A stretch of DNA of 64,000 nucleotides from Alistipes sp. (GCA_031556075.1 JAVBTS010000002.1:14016-78015), one strand, 5' to 3'. Numbered from the stretch's first letter, positions 1-12,730 are shown. The notes: a model not told the origin generated them from the sequence alone. Made by a program: numbers and translations.

Positions 1-1514
1 CGGTCGAGCAGGCCGCCGCAAATATGGACGACAGCATCACGGCGCAGGAGATAGCCCGCCGGCGCGATTTTCGCAACGTCACGACTTTCACCGTCGACCC
101 CGCCGACGCCAAGGACTTCGACGACGCGCTTTCGGTGCGCCGGGTGAAAGACGGGGTGTGGGAGATAGGCGTACATATCGCCGACGTGACGCACTACGTA
201 CGTCCGCAGTCGACCGTCGACGAGGAGGCCGTGGAACGCGGAACGTCGGTATACCTGGTAGACCGCACGGTGCCGATGCTGCCCGAGCATCTGTCGAACG
301 AGCTCTGCTCGCTGCGACCCAATGAGTCGAGCCTCTGCTTCTCGGCTGTTTTCACGCTCAACGAAAACCTCGATATACTCGACGAGTGGTTCGGCCGTAC
401 CGTGATCTACTCCGACCGCCGCTTCACCTACGCCGAGGCGCAGGAGATCATCGACGGCAAACCCGGCGACTACGCCGAGGAGGTGCGCACGCTCGACCGC
501 CTGGCGCAGGAGCTGCGCCGCCAGCGATTCCGCAACGGATCGATAAGTTTCGAGCGCGAAGAGGTGAAGTTCAAGCTGGACGAGGCGGGACGTCCGCTGG
601 GCGTCTATTTCAAGGAGCAGACCGCTGCCAACCAGATGATCGAGGAGTTCATGCTGCTGGCCAACCGCCGCGTGGCCGAATTCTGCGGCAAACGCAAGAA
701 CGAGAAGGGCGCAACCGTCGAACGAACGATGGTCTACCGCGTCCACGACTCCCCCAGCGAGGAAAAGCTGGAGCGTTTCCGTCAGTTCATACTGCGTTTC
801 GGACATATTTTCAAGGCTTCGAAAGGCCGCGCCATAGCCAAGGAAATGAACAAGCTCTTCACCGAGATCAAGGGCACGAGCGAGGAGAACGCCGTGTCGA
901 CCATGGCGATCCGTTCGATGGCGAAGGCTTATTACACCACCGACAATATCGGCCACTATGGCCTTGCATTCCCCTACTACACTCACTTCACCTCGCCCAT
1001 TCGCCGCTACCCCGACATGATGGTCCACCGCCTGCTGGCGCGCTATCTGGAGGGTGGAAAGTCGGCCGACAAGGCGGAGCTGGAGGCGCTCTGCGCGCAC
1101 TCCTCGGAGCGCGAAGTCGTGGCTGCCGAGGCCGAACGCGCATCGATAAAATACAAGATGGTGGAGTTTATGAAGGAGCATATCGGCGAGGAGTTCGACG
1201 GCCATGTTTCGGGGATGTCCGACTGGGGCGTCTATGTCGAGCTGGACGAGACCCACATCGAGGGCATGTCGTTCCTGCGAGATATCGAGGGTGACTTCTT
1301 CAGTTTCTACGAGCCCAACTACGAGATCGTAGGGCGCTCGACGGGCATAAAGTTCACCATGGGCACGCCGGTGCGCATACGCGTCAAGCGCGCGGATTTG
1401 CAGCGTCGGCAGCTCGATTTCGAGATACTTCTCGATGGGCTGCCGCGCGGAGAGCGCAAAGGCTCATCAGGCTATCCGGAGGTACGCACGAGCAGTCGCC
1501 GCAGAGGCAGATAA
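1..1514 (+). CDS. rnr: Ribonuclease R (5'-partial; frame is open from the window edge)
   Basis: RNB motifs DPADAKDFDDA, HIADV, HFTSPIRRYPD and a C-terminal S1 domain. Confidence 0.95.
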   Translation, partial: VEQAAANMDDSITAQEIARRRDFRNVTTFTVDPADAKDFDDALSVRRVKDGVWEIGVHIADVTHYVRPQSTVDEEAVERGTSVYLVDRTVPMLPEHLSNELCSLRPNESSLCFSAVFTLNENLDILDEWFGRTVIYSDRRFTYAEAQEIIDGKPGDYAEEVRTLDRLAQELRRQRFRNGSISFEREEVKFKLDEAGRPLGVYFKEQTAANQMIEEFMLLANRRVAEFCGKRKNEKGATVERTMVYRVHDSPSEEKLERFRQFILRFGHIFKASKGRAIAKEMNKLFTEIKGTSEENAVSTMAIRSMAKAYYTTDNIGHYGLAFPYYTHFTSPIRRYPDMMVHRLLARYLEGGKSADKAELEALCAHSSEREVVAAEAERASIKYKMVEFMKEHIGEEFDGHVSGMSDWGVYVELDETHIEGMSFLRDIEGDFFSFYEPNYEIVGRSTGIKFTMGTPVRIRVKRADLQRRQLDFEILLDGLPRGERKGSSGYPEVRTSSRRRGR

Positions 1515-1515
1515 T

Positions 1516-2601
1516 ATGCAGACGATCTACGATAAATGCCGCCGGCGCGAACCGCTGACCCGCGAGGAGGCCTACCGTCTCTACGACGAAGCTCCCTTGC
1601 AGGAGCTTGCACGCGTGGCCGACGAGGTGCGCCGCGCCGTGGCTCCCGCCCCCGAAGTAGTAACGTGGCAGATCGACCGCAATGTCAACATCACCAACGT
1701 CTGCATTTCGGGCTGCCGTTTCTGCAATTTTCACTGCAAGCCTCATCAGACCGACCGGGCGTTTATCACCACCATCGACGAATACCGCGCCAAAATCGAC
1801 CGCACGCTGGAGCTCGGCGGCGACCAGCTGCTGCTGCAGGGCGGTCTGCATCCCGCACTCGGAATAGATTATTACGAAGGGCTGTTCGCAGAGCTCAAAT
1901 CGCTCTACCCCACTCTCAAACTCCACGCCCTCGGTGCGCCCGAAGTGGCACATATCGCGCGCGTGAGCGGTCTATCGACCCTCGACACCCTACGCCGGTT
2001 GATGGCCGCGGGACTGGATTCGCTGCCCGGAGCCGGCGCCGAGATTCTCGATCCCGGGGTTCGCCGCACCATCTCTCCGGCCAAGCCCTCGGTCGAACAG
2101 TGGCTGGAGGTGATGCACGAGGCCCACACCCTCGATCTGCCGACCTCGGCGACGATGATGTACGGCCATATCGAGACCCCGCACCAGCGCATAGACCACC
2201 TACTGCGCATCCGCGACCTGCAGGCCCGCTGTCCCGAAGGAAACCACGGGTTCGTGGCCTTCATTCCGTGGATTTTTCACTCGGCAGGAACAGAACTCGA
2301 GAAACAAGGCGTCACGACGCACTTTTCACCGCTCGAATATATCCGCATCATTGCCGTCAGCCGTCTGGTATTGAATAATATACGCAATATTCAGGCTTCG
2401 TGGCTCACCGTTGGCAAAGCCACGGCCCAAGTTGCGCTTCACAGCGGCGCCAATGACATGGGTTCGATAATGATCGAGGAAAATGTCGTCTCATCGGCCG
2501 GGGCGGATAACCGTTTCGATGCCGCGGGGATTCAGGCCACGATCCGCGAGGCGGGATTTACACCCCGCCTGCGCGATCAGCTCTACCGTCTGCGCGATTA
2601 A
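1516..2601 (+). CDS. mqnC: Cyclic dehypoxanthinyl futalosine synthase (radical SAM, CofH/MqnC family)
   Basis: RNVNITNVCISGCRFCNF CxxxCxxC motif, LLLQGG, PGAGAEIL, GANDMGSIMIEENVV; ATG 1516 directly follows the rnr stop. Confidence 0.85.
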   Translation: MQTIYDKCRRREPLTREEAYRLYDEAPLQELARVADEVRRAVAPAPEVVTWQIDRNVNITNVCISGCRFCNFHCKPHQTDRAFITTIDEYRAKIDRTLELGGDQLLLQGGLHPALGIDYYEGLFAELKSLYPTLKLHALGAPEVAHIARVSGLSTLDTLRRLMAAGLDSLPGAGAEILDPGVRRTISPAKPSVEQWLEVMHEAHTLDLPTSATMMYGHIETPHQRIDHLLRIRDLQARCPEGNHGFVAFIPWIFHSAGTELEKQGVTTHFSPLEYIRIIAVSRLVLNNIRNIQASWLTVGKATAQVALHSGANDMGSIMIEENVVSSAGADNRFDAAGIQATIREAGFTPRLRDQLYRLRD

Positions 2602-2615
2602 CCGACGACACATAA

Positions 2616-2648
2616 AAAACACCCGTTCGGCAACCGAACGGGTGTTTT
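2616..2648. terminator. Bidirectional intrinsic terminator between mqnC and atpG
   Basis: AAAACACCCGTTCGG-CAA-CCGAACGGGTGTTTT between convergent genes. Confidence 0.85.
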
Positions 2649-2666
2649 AATTAACGCAGCCTTCGT

Positions 2667-3581
2667 CTACTTCGCGGCAGCAGCGCCGATGATATCCAGA
2701 AGTTCCGAAGTAATGGTCTGCTGACGGCTCTTGTTGTACTGCAGCGTGAGTTCCTGCAGCAGATCGTCGGCGTTGTCCGTGGCGACCTGCATGGCGACCG
2801 TGCGGGCCGCATGTTCGGCGGCAGCGGAGTCGAGAAGCACCGTATATATCTTGAATTCGAGGACCTTGGGCAGCAACTCGTTGAGCAGTTCGCGACGCGA
2901 GGGCTCGAGGATAAGATCGGGCGTGACACGGTATTTCTCCGCAGCTATTTTCTCGGAACCGAAACCAGCGCCAACCCCGGATGCAGCCTCGGCCTCCTGA
3001 ACGATCGGAAGATAAGTTTCCCCGGTCGGAACCTGCGAGGCCATATTGCGGAAATGGTTGTAAACCAGCTCCACCCGGTCGACCTCACCCTTGCGGAAGA
3101 GTTCTATAAGCTGCTCGGCAAGCATACGCGCGCCGGCGTAATCGGGTTTGTCAGCCAATTCGCGGTAATCGCCCTCGGGTGTGTAACCCATCTTCGAAAC
3201 CGCATCGTGGATCTTGCGGCCCACGGGGTAGATGCGGATATTCTCCTTGGGGAGATTGCCGTACCGCTCCGAGATTAGCGACTGAAACTTGCGGATGATG
3301 TTGGCGTTGAACGCACCGGCAAGCGAGGAGTTCGAAGAGAATGCAACGATAGCCACACGCCGGACCTCGCCCGTGCGCATGAAAGGAGACGGCGTGGCGT
3401 CGTCCGACGCAAGGAGCGTCTGGAGCATGCCGTGGAGCTTATGCTCGTAGGGCAGCGTACCGCCAATGGCAAGCTGCGCGCGGTGCAACTTGGCCGACGC
3501 GATCATGCGCATCGCAGAAGTGATCTTCTGGATGCTGGTGACCGAGACAATTCGCCCTTTGACCTCTTTTAAAGCTGCCAT
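2667..3581 (-). CDS. atpG: ATP synthase F1 gamma subunit
   Basis: KITSAMRMIASAKL at the N-terminus; EHAARTVAMQVATDNA...YNKSRQQTITSEL at the C-terminus. Confidence 0.97.
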   Translation of the reverse strand: MAALKEVKGRIVSVTSIQKITSAMRMIASAKLHRAQLAIGGTLPYEHKLHGMLQTLLASDDATPSPFMRTGEVRRVAIVAFSSNSSLAGAFNANIIRKFQSLISERYGNLPKENIRIYPVGRKIHDAVSKMGYTPEGDYRELADKPDYAGARMLAEQLIELFRKGEVDRVELVYNHFRNMASQVPTGETYLPIVQEAEAASGVGAGFGSEKIAAEKYRVTPDLILEPSRRELLNELLPKVLEFKIYTVLLDSAAAEHAARTVAMQVATDNADDLLQELTLQYNKSRQQTITSELLDIIGAAAAK

Positions 3582-3589
3582 ATCGTCTT

Positions 3590-5176
3590 TTAATTCTTAT
3601 GCTGTTTCAGAGCGGCCGACACCGAAGCGGCGATCTGCTCGATCTTCTTCGTAACCTCCTCGGGCAGCGCCTTGTTGCCGATCATGGCGAACTCGGGAGC
3701 CTGGACGAAAGCGTTCAGGAATTGCTGCTCGAACTCGGGTATCTGGTCCACGGCGACGTCCTTGAGCAGGCCGCGCGTTCCGCAATAGAGCACCGCGATC
3801 TGCTGTGCCACCGGCATCGGCTGATACTGGGGCTGCACCAGAAGGCGTGTATTTTTGCGTCCGCGGTCGATCGTCGAGGCTGTAACGGCGTCCATATCGC
3901 CGCCGAATTTGGTGAAGGCCTCCAGTTCGCGGTACTGCGCCTGGTCGATCTTCAACATACCCGCCACCTGCTTCATGGGCTTGATCTGGGCGTTGCCACC
4001 CACACGCGATACGGAGATACCCACGTTGATAGCGGGACGGTTGCCCTGGTTGAAGAGGTCGGTATCGAGGAATATCTGACCGTCGGTGATCGAGATCACG
4101 TTGGTTGGGATATAGGCCGAGACGTCGCCCGCCTGGGTTTCGATGATAGGAAGCGCCGTGAGCGAACCCCCGCCCTTCACCTTGCCGCGAAGGCTTTCGG
4201 GAAGGTCGTTCATCTGCTCGGCGACCTCCTGCTGACCAATGATCTTGGCCGCTCTCTCCAAAAGGCGCGAGTGGAGGTAGAAAATATCGCCCGGATATGC
4301 CTCACGGCCCGAGGGGCGGCGGAGGATAAGCGACAGCTCGCGGTAGGCCACAGCCTGCTTCGAGAGGTCATCATACACGACAAGGGCCGGACGGCCTGTG
4401 TCGCGGAAATATTCGCCGATGGCGGCACCCGCAAAAGGTGCGAAATATTGCATTGCGGCAGGGTCCGAAGCCGTGGCGGCGAGGACTACCGTGTAATCCA
4501 TAGCGCCCTTTTCGCGCAGAAGGTCCACCAACGACGCAACCGTCGACCCCTTCTGACCGATAGCAACGTAGATGCAGTAGACCGGGTTGCCGGCCTCGAA
4601 GTTGCCCCTCTGGTTCAAAATTGCGTCGACGGCGATCGAGGTTTTACCCGTCTGGCGGTCGCCGATGATAAGTTCGCGCTGTCCGCGGCCGATGGGAATC
4701 ATGGCGTCGACTGCCTTCAATCCCGTCTGCAGCGGCTGGTTGACCGGCTCGCGGAAGATAACGCCGGGGGCTTTACGCTCCAGCGGCATCTCGACCTTCT
4801 CGCCACCGATGGGGCCCAGTCCGTCGATCGGATTGCCCAGCGGGTCGATAACGCGGCCCAGCATGCCCTCGCCCACCTGGATCGAGGCGATGCGACCCGT
4901 ACGTTTTACGCCGTCGCCCTCCTTGATGTCGTCCGTGGGGCCCAGAAGGACTGCACCGACGTTATCCTCTTCGAGGTTCATCACAACGGCCTTTTCGCCG
5001 TTCTCGAATTCGAGAAGTTCGTTGGCCTCGGCGTTCTGGACACCGTAGATACGGGCAACGCCGTCGCTGACCTGCAGAACCGTGCCTACTTCTTCGAGCT
5101 GCAGCTTGGATTCGATACCCTCCAGCTGGCTCAAAAGCACCTGCGATACCTCGCTCGGTTTGATCTGTTCGCTCAT
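3590..5176 (-). CDS. atpA: ATP synthase F1 alpha subunit
   Basis: [39 protein letters not shown]. Confidence 0.98.
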   Translation of the reverse strand: MSEQIKPSEVSQVLLSQLEGIESKLQLEEVGTVLQVSDGVARIYGVQNAEANELLEFENGEKAVVMNLEEDNVGAVLLGPTDDIKEGDGVKRTGRIASIQVGEGMLGRVIDPLGNPIDGLGPIGGEKVEMPLERKAPGVIFREPVNQPLQTGLKAVDAMIPIGRGQRELIIGDRQTGKTSIAVDAILNQRGNFEAGNPVYCIYVAIGQKGSTVASLVDLLREKGAMDYTVVLAATASDPAAMQYFAPFAGAAIGEYFRDTGRPALVVYDDLSKQAVAYRELSLILRRPSGREAYPGDIFYLHSRLLERAAKIIGQQEVAEQMNDLPESLRGKVKGGGSLTALPIIETQAGDVSAYIPTNVISITDGQIFLDTDLFNQGNRPAINVGISVSRVGGNAQIKPMKQVAGMLKIDQAQYRELEAFTKFGGDMDAVTASTIDRGRKNTRLLVQPQYQPMPVAQQIAVLYCGTRGLLKDVAVDQIPEFEQQFLNAFVQAPEFAMIGNKALPEEVTKKIEQIAASVSAALKQHKN

Positions 5177-5209
5177 ATTGATAGTATAAGTCTTCCGGCC
5201 CGCGCGCGA

Positions 5210-5764
5210 TTAACGCGACGGCCGGCTGTCGTCTGTAAATTGTTTTTTGATATCTTTCAGCTGCCGGGCAACCGAAGCGTCCATTTCCTGGAAATCCATG
5301 CGGAAAACGAATCCGCCGATAAGCGACTCGTCGACATGGAGGTCCAGCTCTACGGTGCCTTTTGCAAGGTCGCCGATATATTTCTTCAGGCGACTCTGCG
5401 TTTCGGCAGGAAGCGCCACGGCCGTCTCGAGATACACGCGGTGGATATTATGCGCTTTGCGGTAGAGGTCCCCGAACCCGAGAGCGATGCTTTGCAGCAG
5501 GTTCTCGCGGTGGTGGCTCATCACGAGCTCCAGAAACCGGTCGGTCTGCGAACTAATCTTTTCGCCTATTGCAGCGCGCAGCAGAGACAGCCGGTCAGCG
5601 CGGCCGAGAACCGGGTTGAGCAGCACGATGCGCAGGCGCGGTTCGCCCGCGAAACTTGCCGCAAGCGACTGCATCTGTCCGTATACGTCCGCAGACACGC
5701 CCTCCTTCTCGCTATATTCGAGCAGAGCTTCGGCGTACCGGGAAGCTATAATACCGTCGTTCAT
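5210..5764 (-). CDS. atpH: ATP synthase F1 delta subunit
   Basis: IASRYAEAL N-terminus, VDESLIGGF...DASV C-terminus; operon position. Confidence 0.93.
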   Translation of the reverse strand: MNDGIIASRYAEALLEYSEKEGVSADVYGQMQSLAASFAGEPRLRIVLLNPVLGRADRLSLLRAAIGEKISSQTDRFLELVMSHHRENLLQSIALGFGDLYRKAHNIHRVYLETAVALPAETQSRLKKYIGDLAKGTVELDLHVDESLIGGFVFRMDFQEMDASVARQLKDIKKQFTDDSRPSR

Positions 5765-5779
5765 GTTCCTGCGTGTTGA

Positions 5780-6289
5780 TTACGATTTAGGCTGCTCCGA
5801 AGACTGCGCCTCGTCGATCAGACGGTTCACAAGCTCCAGTTGCGGGGCCTTATCCTTGAGTTCGTTGCGAAGGACCTTCTCGGCGATATCCACAGCCAGT
5901 ACTGCGACCTGACTGCGGATCTCGGTCAGTGCGGCGTCCTTTTCGCGGCGGATCTGCTTCTGGGCGTCCTCGAGCAACTTCTGCGCCTCTTTGCGGGCGC
6001 TGTCCTTGGCCTCGGCGACGATCTTGTCCTTGGTCTGCGCGGCCTCGCGGAGAATGGCAAGCTGCTCGGCACGCGCGGTATCGAGCAGGGCCTGACCCTC
6101 GGCCTGCAGATTCGCAAGGCGTTCGTTGGCCTGTTCGGCGGCGGCAAGCGAGCTGTCGATGAAGTTTTTACGCTCCTCGACGCTGCGGACGATAACCGGA
6201 AAACCGAATTTTGCTACGATAAAGAAGACGATGCCGAACGACAGCGCCATCCAGAAGAGCAAACCGAATTCAGGCAATACTAATGACAT
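5780..6289 (-). CDS. atpF: ATP synthase Fo b subunit
   Basis: N-terminal TM helix followed by a long charged coiled coil; AEKVL motif; operon position. Confidence 0.93.
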   Translation of the reverse strand: MSLVLPEFGLLFWMALSFGIVFFIVAKFGFPVIVRSVEERKNFIDSSLAAAEQANERLANLQAEGQALLDTARAEQLAILREAAQTKDKIVAEAKDSARKEAQKLLEDAQKQIRREKDAALTEIRSQVAVLAVDIAEKVLRNELKDKAPQLELVNRLIDEAQSSEQPKS

Positions 6290-6301
6290 CCTCGCGCAGA
6301 A

Positions 6302-6568
<267 letters not shown>

Positions 6569-6583
6569 TTAAATTATTATTGA

Positions 6584-7675
6584 TTATTTATTGGTTTCAA
6601 CTTTTTCGTGTTTGTGGTGCGGCTCGGCCTGTGAGAGTCCTATGAACACCGCCGACATCATCGTGAAGACATAGGCCTGGATGTAGGCAACCAGAAGTTC
6701 CAGGCAACCCATGAATATATTCATAAGGACCGAGACGAAGGTCATGCTTCCGCTGATCGCTGGACTCATTTTAGCCGTCAGGAAGACCATGCACACAAGG
6801 CCCAGCACGATGGCGTGTCCGGCCATGATGTTGGCGAAAAGACGGATCATAAGGGCGAACGGCTTGGTGAAGACGCCGAAGAGCTCGATGGCGGGCATGA
6901 GCGGCACGGGGAATTTCATCCACACCGGAACGTCGGGCCAAAAGACCTCTTTCCAGTACTCCTTCGTTCCCCAGAAGTTCACTGCGAAGAACGTACACAG
7001 CGCCAGGACCATCGTCACGGCGATATTACCTGTGGTCGAAGCACCGCCCGGGAAGAACGGGACCAGACCCATGAGGTTGTTGATGAAGATGAAGAAGAAC
7101 GCCGTCAAAAGATAGGGCACATAGCGCTTGAAGTTCGGACCGACGCAAGGGCAGATCAGATCGTCGTGGATGCTCATGACGAACATTTCGACGGCACCCA
7201 CGAAGCCCTTCGGGACGCTGTGGGCCGGACGGCGGCTGTACCACCGGGCGACGCCCACGAAGATAAGGCACATGATAAGGCCGTTGATGACCAGCGCCGC
7301 GGCGTTCTTGGTGAACGACATATCCAGCGGCCGGACCTCCTCGCCCGCGGAGTTCATCTCCACGATCTTGCCCTTATGGGGGCTGTCGGCGCCGGCCAGG
7401 TAGAATCCCTCATAGGCTCCGTGGTGCAGGTGCGACGACGAGAAGACATACCAGCCCCTCTCGCTGCTGCGCACGATAACAGGCAGCGGCACCGTGATGT
7501 GGTGTTCGCCGATGGTCGTGACGTGCCACTCGTAGGAGTCCTGGATGTGCGAAAAGATGATCTCCTGGACGTCGACGGTCTCCGCCTCCGCGGACTGGGA
7601 CGACGCCAGAGCCGGAGTCGAAAATCCTGCGAGCAGCAGCGTGCTGAATAGATATAGTATATGGCGTCGCATCAT
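6584..7675 (-). CDS. atpB: ATP synthase Fo a subunit (Bacteroidota long N-terminus)
   Basis: KPFALMIRLFANIMAGH and IQAYVF motifs. Confidence 0.95.
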   Translation of the reverse strand: MMRRHILYLFSTLLLAGFSTPALASSQSAEAETVDVQEIIFSHIQDSYEWHVTTIGEHHITVPLPVIVRSSERGWYVFSSSHLHHGAYEGFYLAGADSPHKGKIVEMNSAGEEVRPLDMSFTKNAAALVINGLIMCLIFVGVARWYSRRPAHSVPKGFVGAVEMFVMSIHDDLICPCVGPNFKRYVPYLLTAFFFIFINNLMGLVPFFPGGASTTGNIAVTMVLALCTFFAVNFWGTKEYWKEVFWPDVPVWMKFPVPLMPAIELFGVFTKPFALMIRLFANIMAGHAIVLGLVCMVFLTAKMSPAISGSMTFVSVLMNIFMGCLELLVAYIQAYVFTMMSAVFIGLSQAEPHHKHEKVETNK

Positions 7676-8085
7676 TCGGTAATTTTATTGGCTTTTTCGC
7701 TGTGGCCGCGTAACTGCATGATCTCCACAACGAAGCTTATCTCATAGAAAACAAAGGCGGTAATCGCAAAAGGCATCATCTGCTCGCGGACAAAGCCGAA
7801 GTAGAGAAGTATGGCGATGATCGTCAGCACCAGCTTAAGGCTTCGCATCCCCAGGTAGGTAATGGTAAACCTTCCTGGATTTTCCCGCCGTGCACGCACC
7901 GCCCAGACTAACAACAGCAGGCCTGTGACGGCAAAGAACACCGGAATGGCCGGATACCACCCGAAATAGTACTGCGGGAGTCCGTAGCGAAGCAGCGCGA
8001 AGCCCGCAAGGCCCGCCGCGGCGAGGATCGCAAGCATAACGGCCGACTGTCTGCCCAAAGACGCTATTTCGTTATTCGAAGCCAT
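7672..8085 (-). CDS. Four-TM membrane protein in the atp operon (AtpI-like position)
   Basis: 137 aa with four hydrophobic segments, between atpC and atpB; start taken at MASNNE. Confidence 0.7.
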   Translation of the reverse strand: MASNNEIASLGRQSAVMLAILAAAGLAGFALLRYGLPQYYFGWYPAIPVFFAVTGLLLLVWAVRARRENPGRFTITYLGMRSLKLVLTIIAILLYFGFVREQMMPFAITAFVFYEISFVVEIMQLRGHSEKANKITE

Positions 8086-8093
8086 CGTTTCGA

Positions 8094-8363
8094 TTATTCG
8101 CCGGCGGGCGCGGCCTGTCCGGAGACGACCTCCGCGCACACCGTCACCACGTTATTGAGCACCTCGACAAAACCTCCGGCGATCGTAACCGAGCTCCGGT
8201 GTTCGCCCTGGGCGTAGGTCACCACGCCGCCCTCACGCAGCGACGAGAGCAGCGGAGCATGGTTGGTGAGGACCGTGAACATACCCACGGTGCCCGGCAG
8301 CGAAACGCTGTCGACTTCGCCGCTGAAAAGCGTCTTCTCGGGTGTCAGGATATCCAACTGCAT
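8094..8363 (-). CDS. atpC: ATP synthase F1 epsilon subunit (short, beta-domain only)
   Basis: LDILTPEK...PGTVGMFTVLTNHAPL...GGFVEV. Confidence 0.93.
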   Translation of the reverse strand: MQLDILTPEKTLFSGEVDSVSLPGTVGMFTVLTNHAPLLSSLREGGVVTYAQGEHRSSVTIAGGFVEVLNNVVTVCAEVVSGQAAPAGE

Positions 8364-8381
8364 AGTCCGGTCGTGTTAATG

Positions 8382-9986
<1,605 letters not shown>

Positions 9987-10035
9987 CTATCCGCAAATTC
10001 CGTCTCCGGAGGGGCCGGTTCAGAAAAAAACCTTA

Positions 10036-10067
10036 CAAATGTAAGTATTAGATTATACAATTGCAAA
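10036..10067 (-). promoter_or_regulatory. Bacteroidota sigma-A promoter of the atp operon
   Basis: Minus strand TACATTTG (-7, 10036-10043) and TTTG (-33, 10064-10067). Confidence 0.6.
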
Positions 10068-10211
10068 TAAAAGTACCGGGCACGGTGCCTATTTATCCCA
10101 TTTTGAAAAGTTTCCCACACAAAAGGAATAATAACTTGTTTTCCAACCGCGAGGCCGGAAACAGGTTGTTATCGGCACCGGGGGAGGGTGCCGAACCGAG
10201 AGCCGGTCGTC

Positions 10212-11645
10212 CTATTGGTGTTGCGGACGCAGCAGGTCCTGCACGACCTTCACCGGCGAGAACGTCGAGACGGGCACGTCGACGAAGACCGTGTTCCACC
10301 GCGCCATAGCACCGTTCCACAAACCCGGGAGCTCCTGGGCGCGCAACTCCCGGCCGCCGCTCGATTTAGAGGAGATGAATCCGGTCGAGGGGTCGGTATA
10401 TTTTCGCAGGTCGAACTTCGCACCCTTCGAATCGCGCACGCCGCACACCAGGTCCACCGGATTGAAGTGCGTGGCCGACTTCATCAGCGGCATATCTTCA
10501 GGGGCTATCTGGCTCGACTCGGCGATCTGGAGCGACTGCGTGCCGTCGGGGTTGGCGACCCAGAACGGACCTCCGCCCGGCTCGCCCTCGTTGCGTACCA
10601 TGCCGCAGACGCGGACCGGGCGGTCGAGCACCTCGCGCAGCAGCGCCGTGTTGTAGTCGGCGGGAAGCTTCACGCAGAGTTCCTTTTCTATGAAGCGCGC
10701 GATGGGTTCCAGCTCGGCGCCTCCGACCTCCAGCGCGCGGAGGTATTCGAAAGCGCGCTCCTGCAGGTCGAGCAAAATGCCCGCCAGCACCTTTTTATAG
10801 CGCACCGTATCGCCGCGCAGCGCATCGGTCGTTACATTGTCTATATTTTTTATGAAAACGATATCCGCCTCTATTTCATTGAGGTTTTCGATAAGAGCGC
10901 CGTGGCCCGCGGGGCGGAACAGCAGCCCCCCGTCGTCCTGGCGGAAAGGCGTGTTGTCGGGGTTGACGGCGATGGTGTCGGTCGAGGTTTTCTGCACCGA
11001 GAACGTGATATCGTAGCGGATGCCGAAGTGCTTTTCGAAGAGGCGGACCTTCTCCGCCAGCAGCTCTTCGAAACCTGCCATATGTTCGGGCGAAACGGTG
11101 AAATGGATCTTTGCAACGCCGTCGGAAACGGCATATGTCGCGCCCTCGACGAGGTGCTCTTCGACGGCCTTGCGGGCGCCCTCGGAATAGGCGTGGAACG
11201 TCACCAGCCCCTTGGGCTTCTGGCCGTAGCCCAGTCCCTTGCCGACGATTGCCGATACGATCGCTTTATCGTCGGCGCCTGCCGGAAGCACGGCTTTCAA
11301 CTCGGGCCAGAAGGCGAATTTCTCGATATTGTCAAGCAGAAGGTCGATGCCTTTGCCGCGCTTGTCCTCGTTCACAAACTCGAACAACTCCTTAAACATG
11401 CGCGTCGCGGCACCCGAGGCAGGCACGAACTTCACAATGCCAAGCCCTGCCGCAGCCTTTTCGTAGCGCGCGACAGCTTCGTCGGCCTGCTTCTCGGCCA
11501 CCATCGTCACGCCGTCGGCCGGCGATGCCGCGCGCACGACCTGCAGAAACGGGAATCCGCGGCGGAAATCCGCCAATTGACGCTCCACGCTCGCGATCGA
11601 GAGCCCGTGGCGCTCGATTTGCTGTAAATCTTTTTCAGAAAACAT
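10212..11645 (-). CDS. DUF4301 family protein (nucleotidyltransferase-like)
   Basis: KFVPASGAATRMFK, FRPAGHGALIENL, THFNPVDLVCG, ELPGLWNGAMA. Confidence 0.85.
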   Translation of the reverse strand: MFSEKDLQQIERHGLSIASVERQLADFRRGFPFLQVVRAASPADGVTMVAEKQADEAVARYEKAAAGLGIVKFVPASGAATRMFKELFEFVNEDKRGKGIDLLLDNIEKFAFWPELKAVLPAGADDKAIVSAIVGKGLGYGQKPKGLVTFHAYSEGARKAVEEHLVEGATYAVSDGVAKIHFTVSPEHMAGFEELLAEKVRLFEKHFGIRYDITFSVQKTSTDTIAVNPDNTPFRQDDGGLLFRPAGHGALIENLNEIEADIVFIKNIDNVTTDALRGDTVRYKKVLAGILLDLQERAFEYLRALEVGGAELEPIARFIEKELCVKLPADYNTALLREVLDRPVRVCGMVRNEGEPGGGPFWVANPDGTQSLQIAESSQIAPEDMPLMKSATHFNPVDLVCGVRDSKGAKFDLRKYTDPSTGFISSKSSGGRELRAQELPGLWNGAMARWNTVFVDVPVSTFSPVKVVQDLLRPQHQ

Positions 11646-11686
11646 ATTTTATATTTTTTAGGTTTCGGCTTGACACAAACATTCTT

Positions 11687-11713
11687 CAAATATAATAAAA
11701 ATTCATAACTTTG
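11687..11713. promoter_or_regulatory. Divergent -7 boxes for the DUF4301 gene (-) and murB (+)
   Basis: CAAATATA at 11687-11694 (TATATTTG on minus) and TAACTTTG at 11706-11713. Confidence 0.6.
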
Positions 11714-11718
11714 CCACT

Positions 11719-12729
11719 ATGATTCGAGAATATAAGGATATAAGCCTGCGCGACCGCAACAGCTTCGGCGTGGAGCAGCGCGCGGCTCGGCTCGTAGAAT
11801 TCGAAAACGAGGAGGACCTGCGGGAGATCTTCGGCGGCGGGATACCCTACTGCTGGAATGTGCTCGCGGGCGGTAACAACATACTTTTCACGCAGGATTA
11901 CGAGGGGCTTCTCATTACGCCCGTCGCCAGAGAGATCACAACGCTTTCCGACGACGGCACCACCGCAAGCCTGCGCGTCGCCGCCGGTGTGGAGTGGGAC
12001 GACCTGGTCGAATGGACCGTCGAACGTGGACTCTGGGGCATCGAAAACCTTTCGCTCATTCCGGGCAAGGTCGGGGCTGCCCCGGTGCAGAATATCGGCG
12101 CCTATGGCGTCGAGGCCAAGGATGCCATCGAGCGCGTGCATATGTTCTGCGTCGACACGCTCAACTCTCTGACACTCGACGCCGCGCACTGCGGCTTCGG
12201 CTACCGCGAGAGCGTCTTTAAACATGAACTCAAAGGCCGCGTGATCATCACCGCCGTCGACATCCGCCTCTCGCGCACGGCCGCCCCCCGGCTGGGCTAC
12301 GGCGACGTGGAGCGCGAAGTCGAGGCCCGCGGCGGCGCCACGCTGCGCAATATCCGCGACGCGATCTGCGCCATTCGCTCCTCGAAGCTCCCCGACACCA
12401 AAGTTATGGGCAATGCGGGCAGCTTCTTCAAAAATCCGGTGGTCGACACCGCAGTCGCCGAGCGCCTGAAAGCCGAATACCCCGACATGCCGCTCTACCC
12501 CGCCGCCGAGCAGGGCAAAGCCAAGCTGGCAGCGGGCTGGCTTATCGACAAAGCGGGGTTGAAGGGTGATAAACAAGGTAACGTAGGCGTTCACGAGCAA
12601 CAGGCGCTGGTGCTGGTAAACCTGGGCGGCGCCACGGGCGGCGAGGTGATCGCTTTCGCACGCATGATTCAGGCCCGCGTGAAAGAGCGCTTCGGAATCG
12701 AGATAGACACAGAGGTAAATATATTATAG
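11719..12729 (+). CDS. murB: UDP-N-acetylenolpyruvoylglucosamine reductase
   Basis: ENLSLIPGKVGAAPVQNIGAYG, GNAGSFFKNP, AAGWLID. Confidence 0.96.
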   Translation: MIREYKDISLRDRNSFGVEQRAARLVEFENEEDLREIFGGGIPYCWNVLAGGNNILFTQDYEGLLITPVAREITTLSDDGTTASLRVAAGVEWDDLVEWTVERGLWGIENLSLIPGKVGAAPVQNIGAYGVEAKDAIERVHMFCVDTLNSLTLDAAHCGFGYRESVFKHELKGRVIITAVDIRLSRTAAPRLGYGDVEREVEARGGATLRNIRDAICAIRSSKLPDTKVMGNAGSFFKNPVVDTAVAERLKAEYPDMPLYPAAEQGKAKLAAGWLIDKAGLKGDKQGNVGVHEQQALVLVNLGGATGGEVIAFARMIQARVKERFGIEIDTEVNIL

Positions 12730-12730
12730 A

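Noticed and set aside
1435-1515. N-terminal extensions in the ORF track (mqnC from 1435, 15002-15391, 23058-23141, 32481-32813, 51559-51654)
   Set aside because: They overlap neighbouring genes or promoters; downstream starts fit the gene packing and recognisable N-termini
3599-5779. Long antisense ORFs (also 10188-11627, 17457-19619, 39364-41190, 41243-44350, 48028-49803, 53041-54828, 62863-63927)
   Set aside because: They lie opposite well-supported genes, lack motifs, and are expected shadows of high-GC3 codon usage
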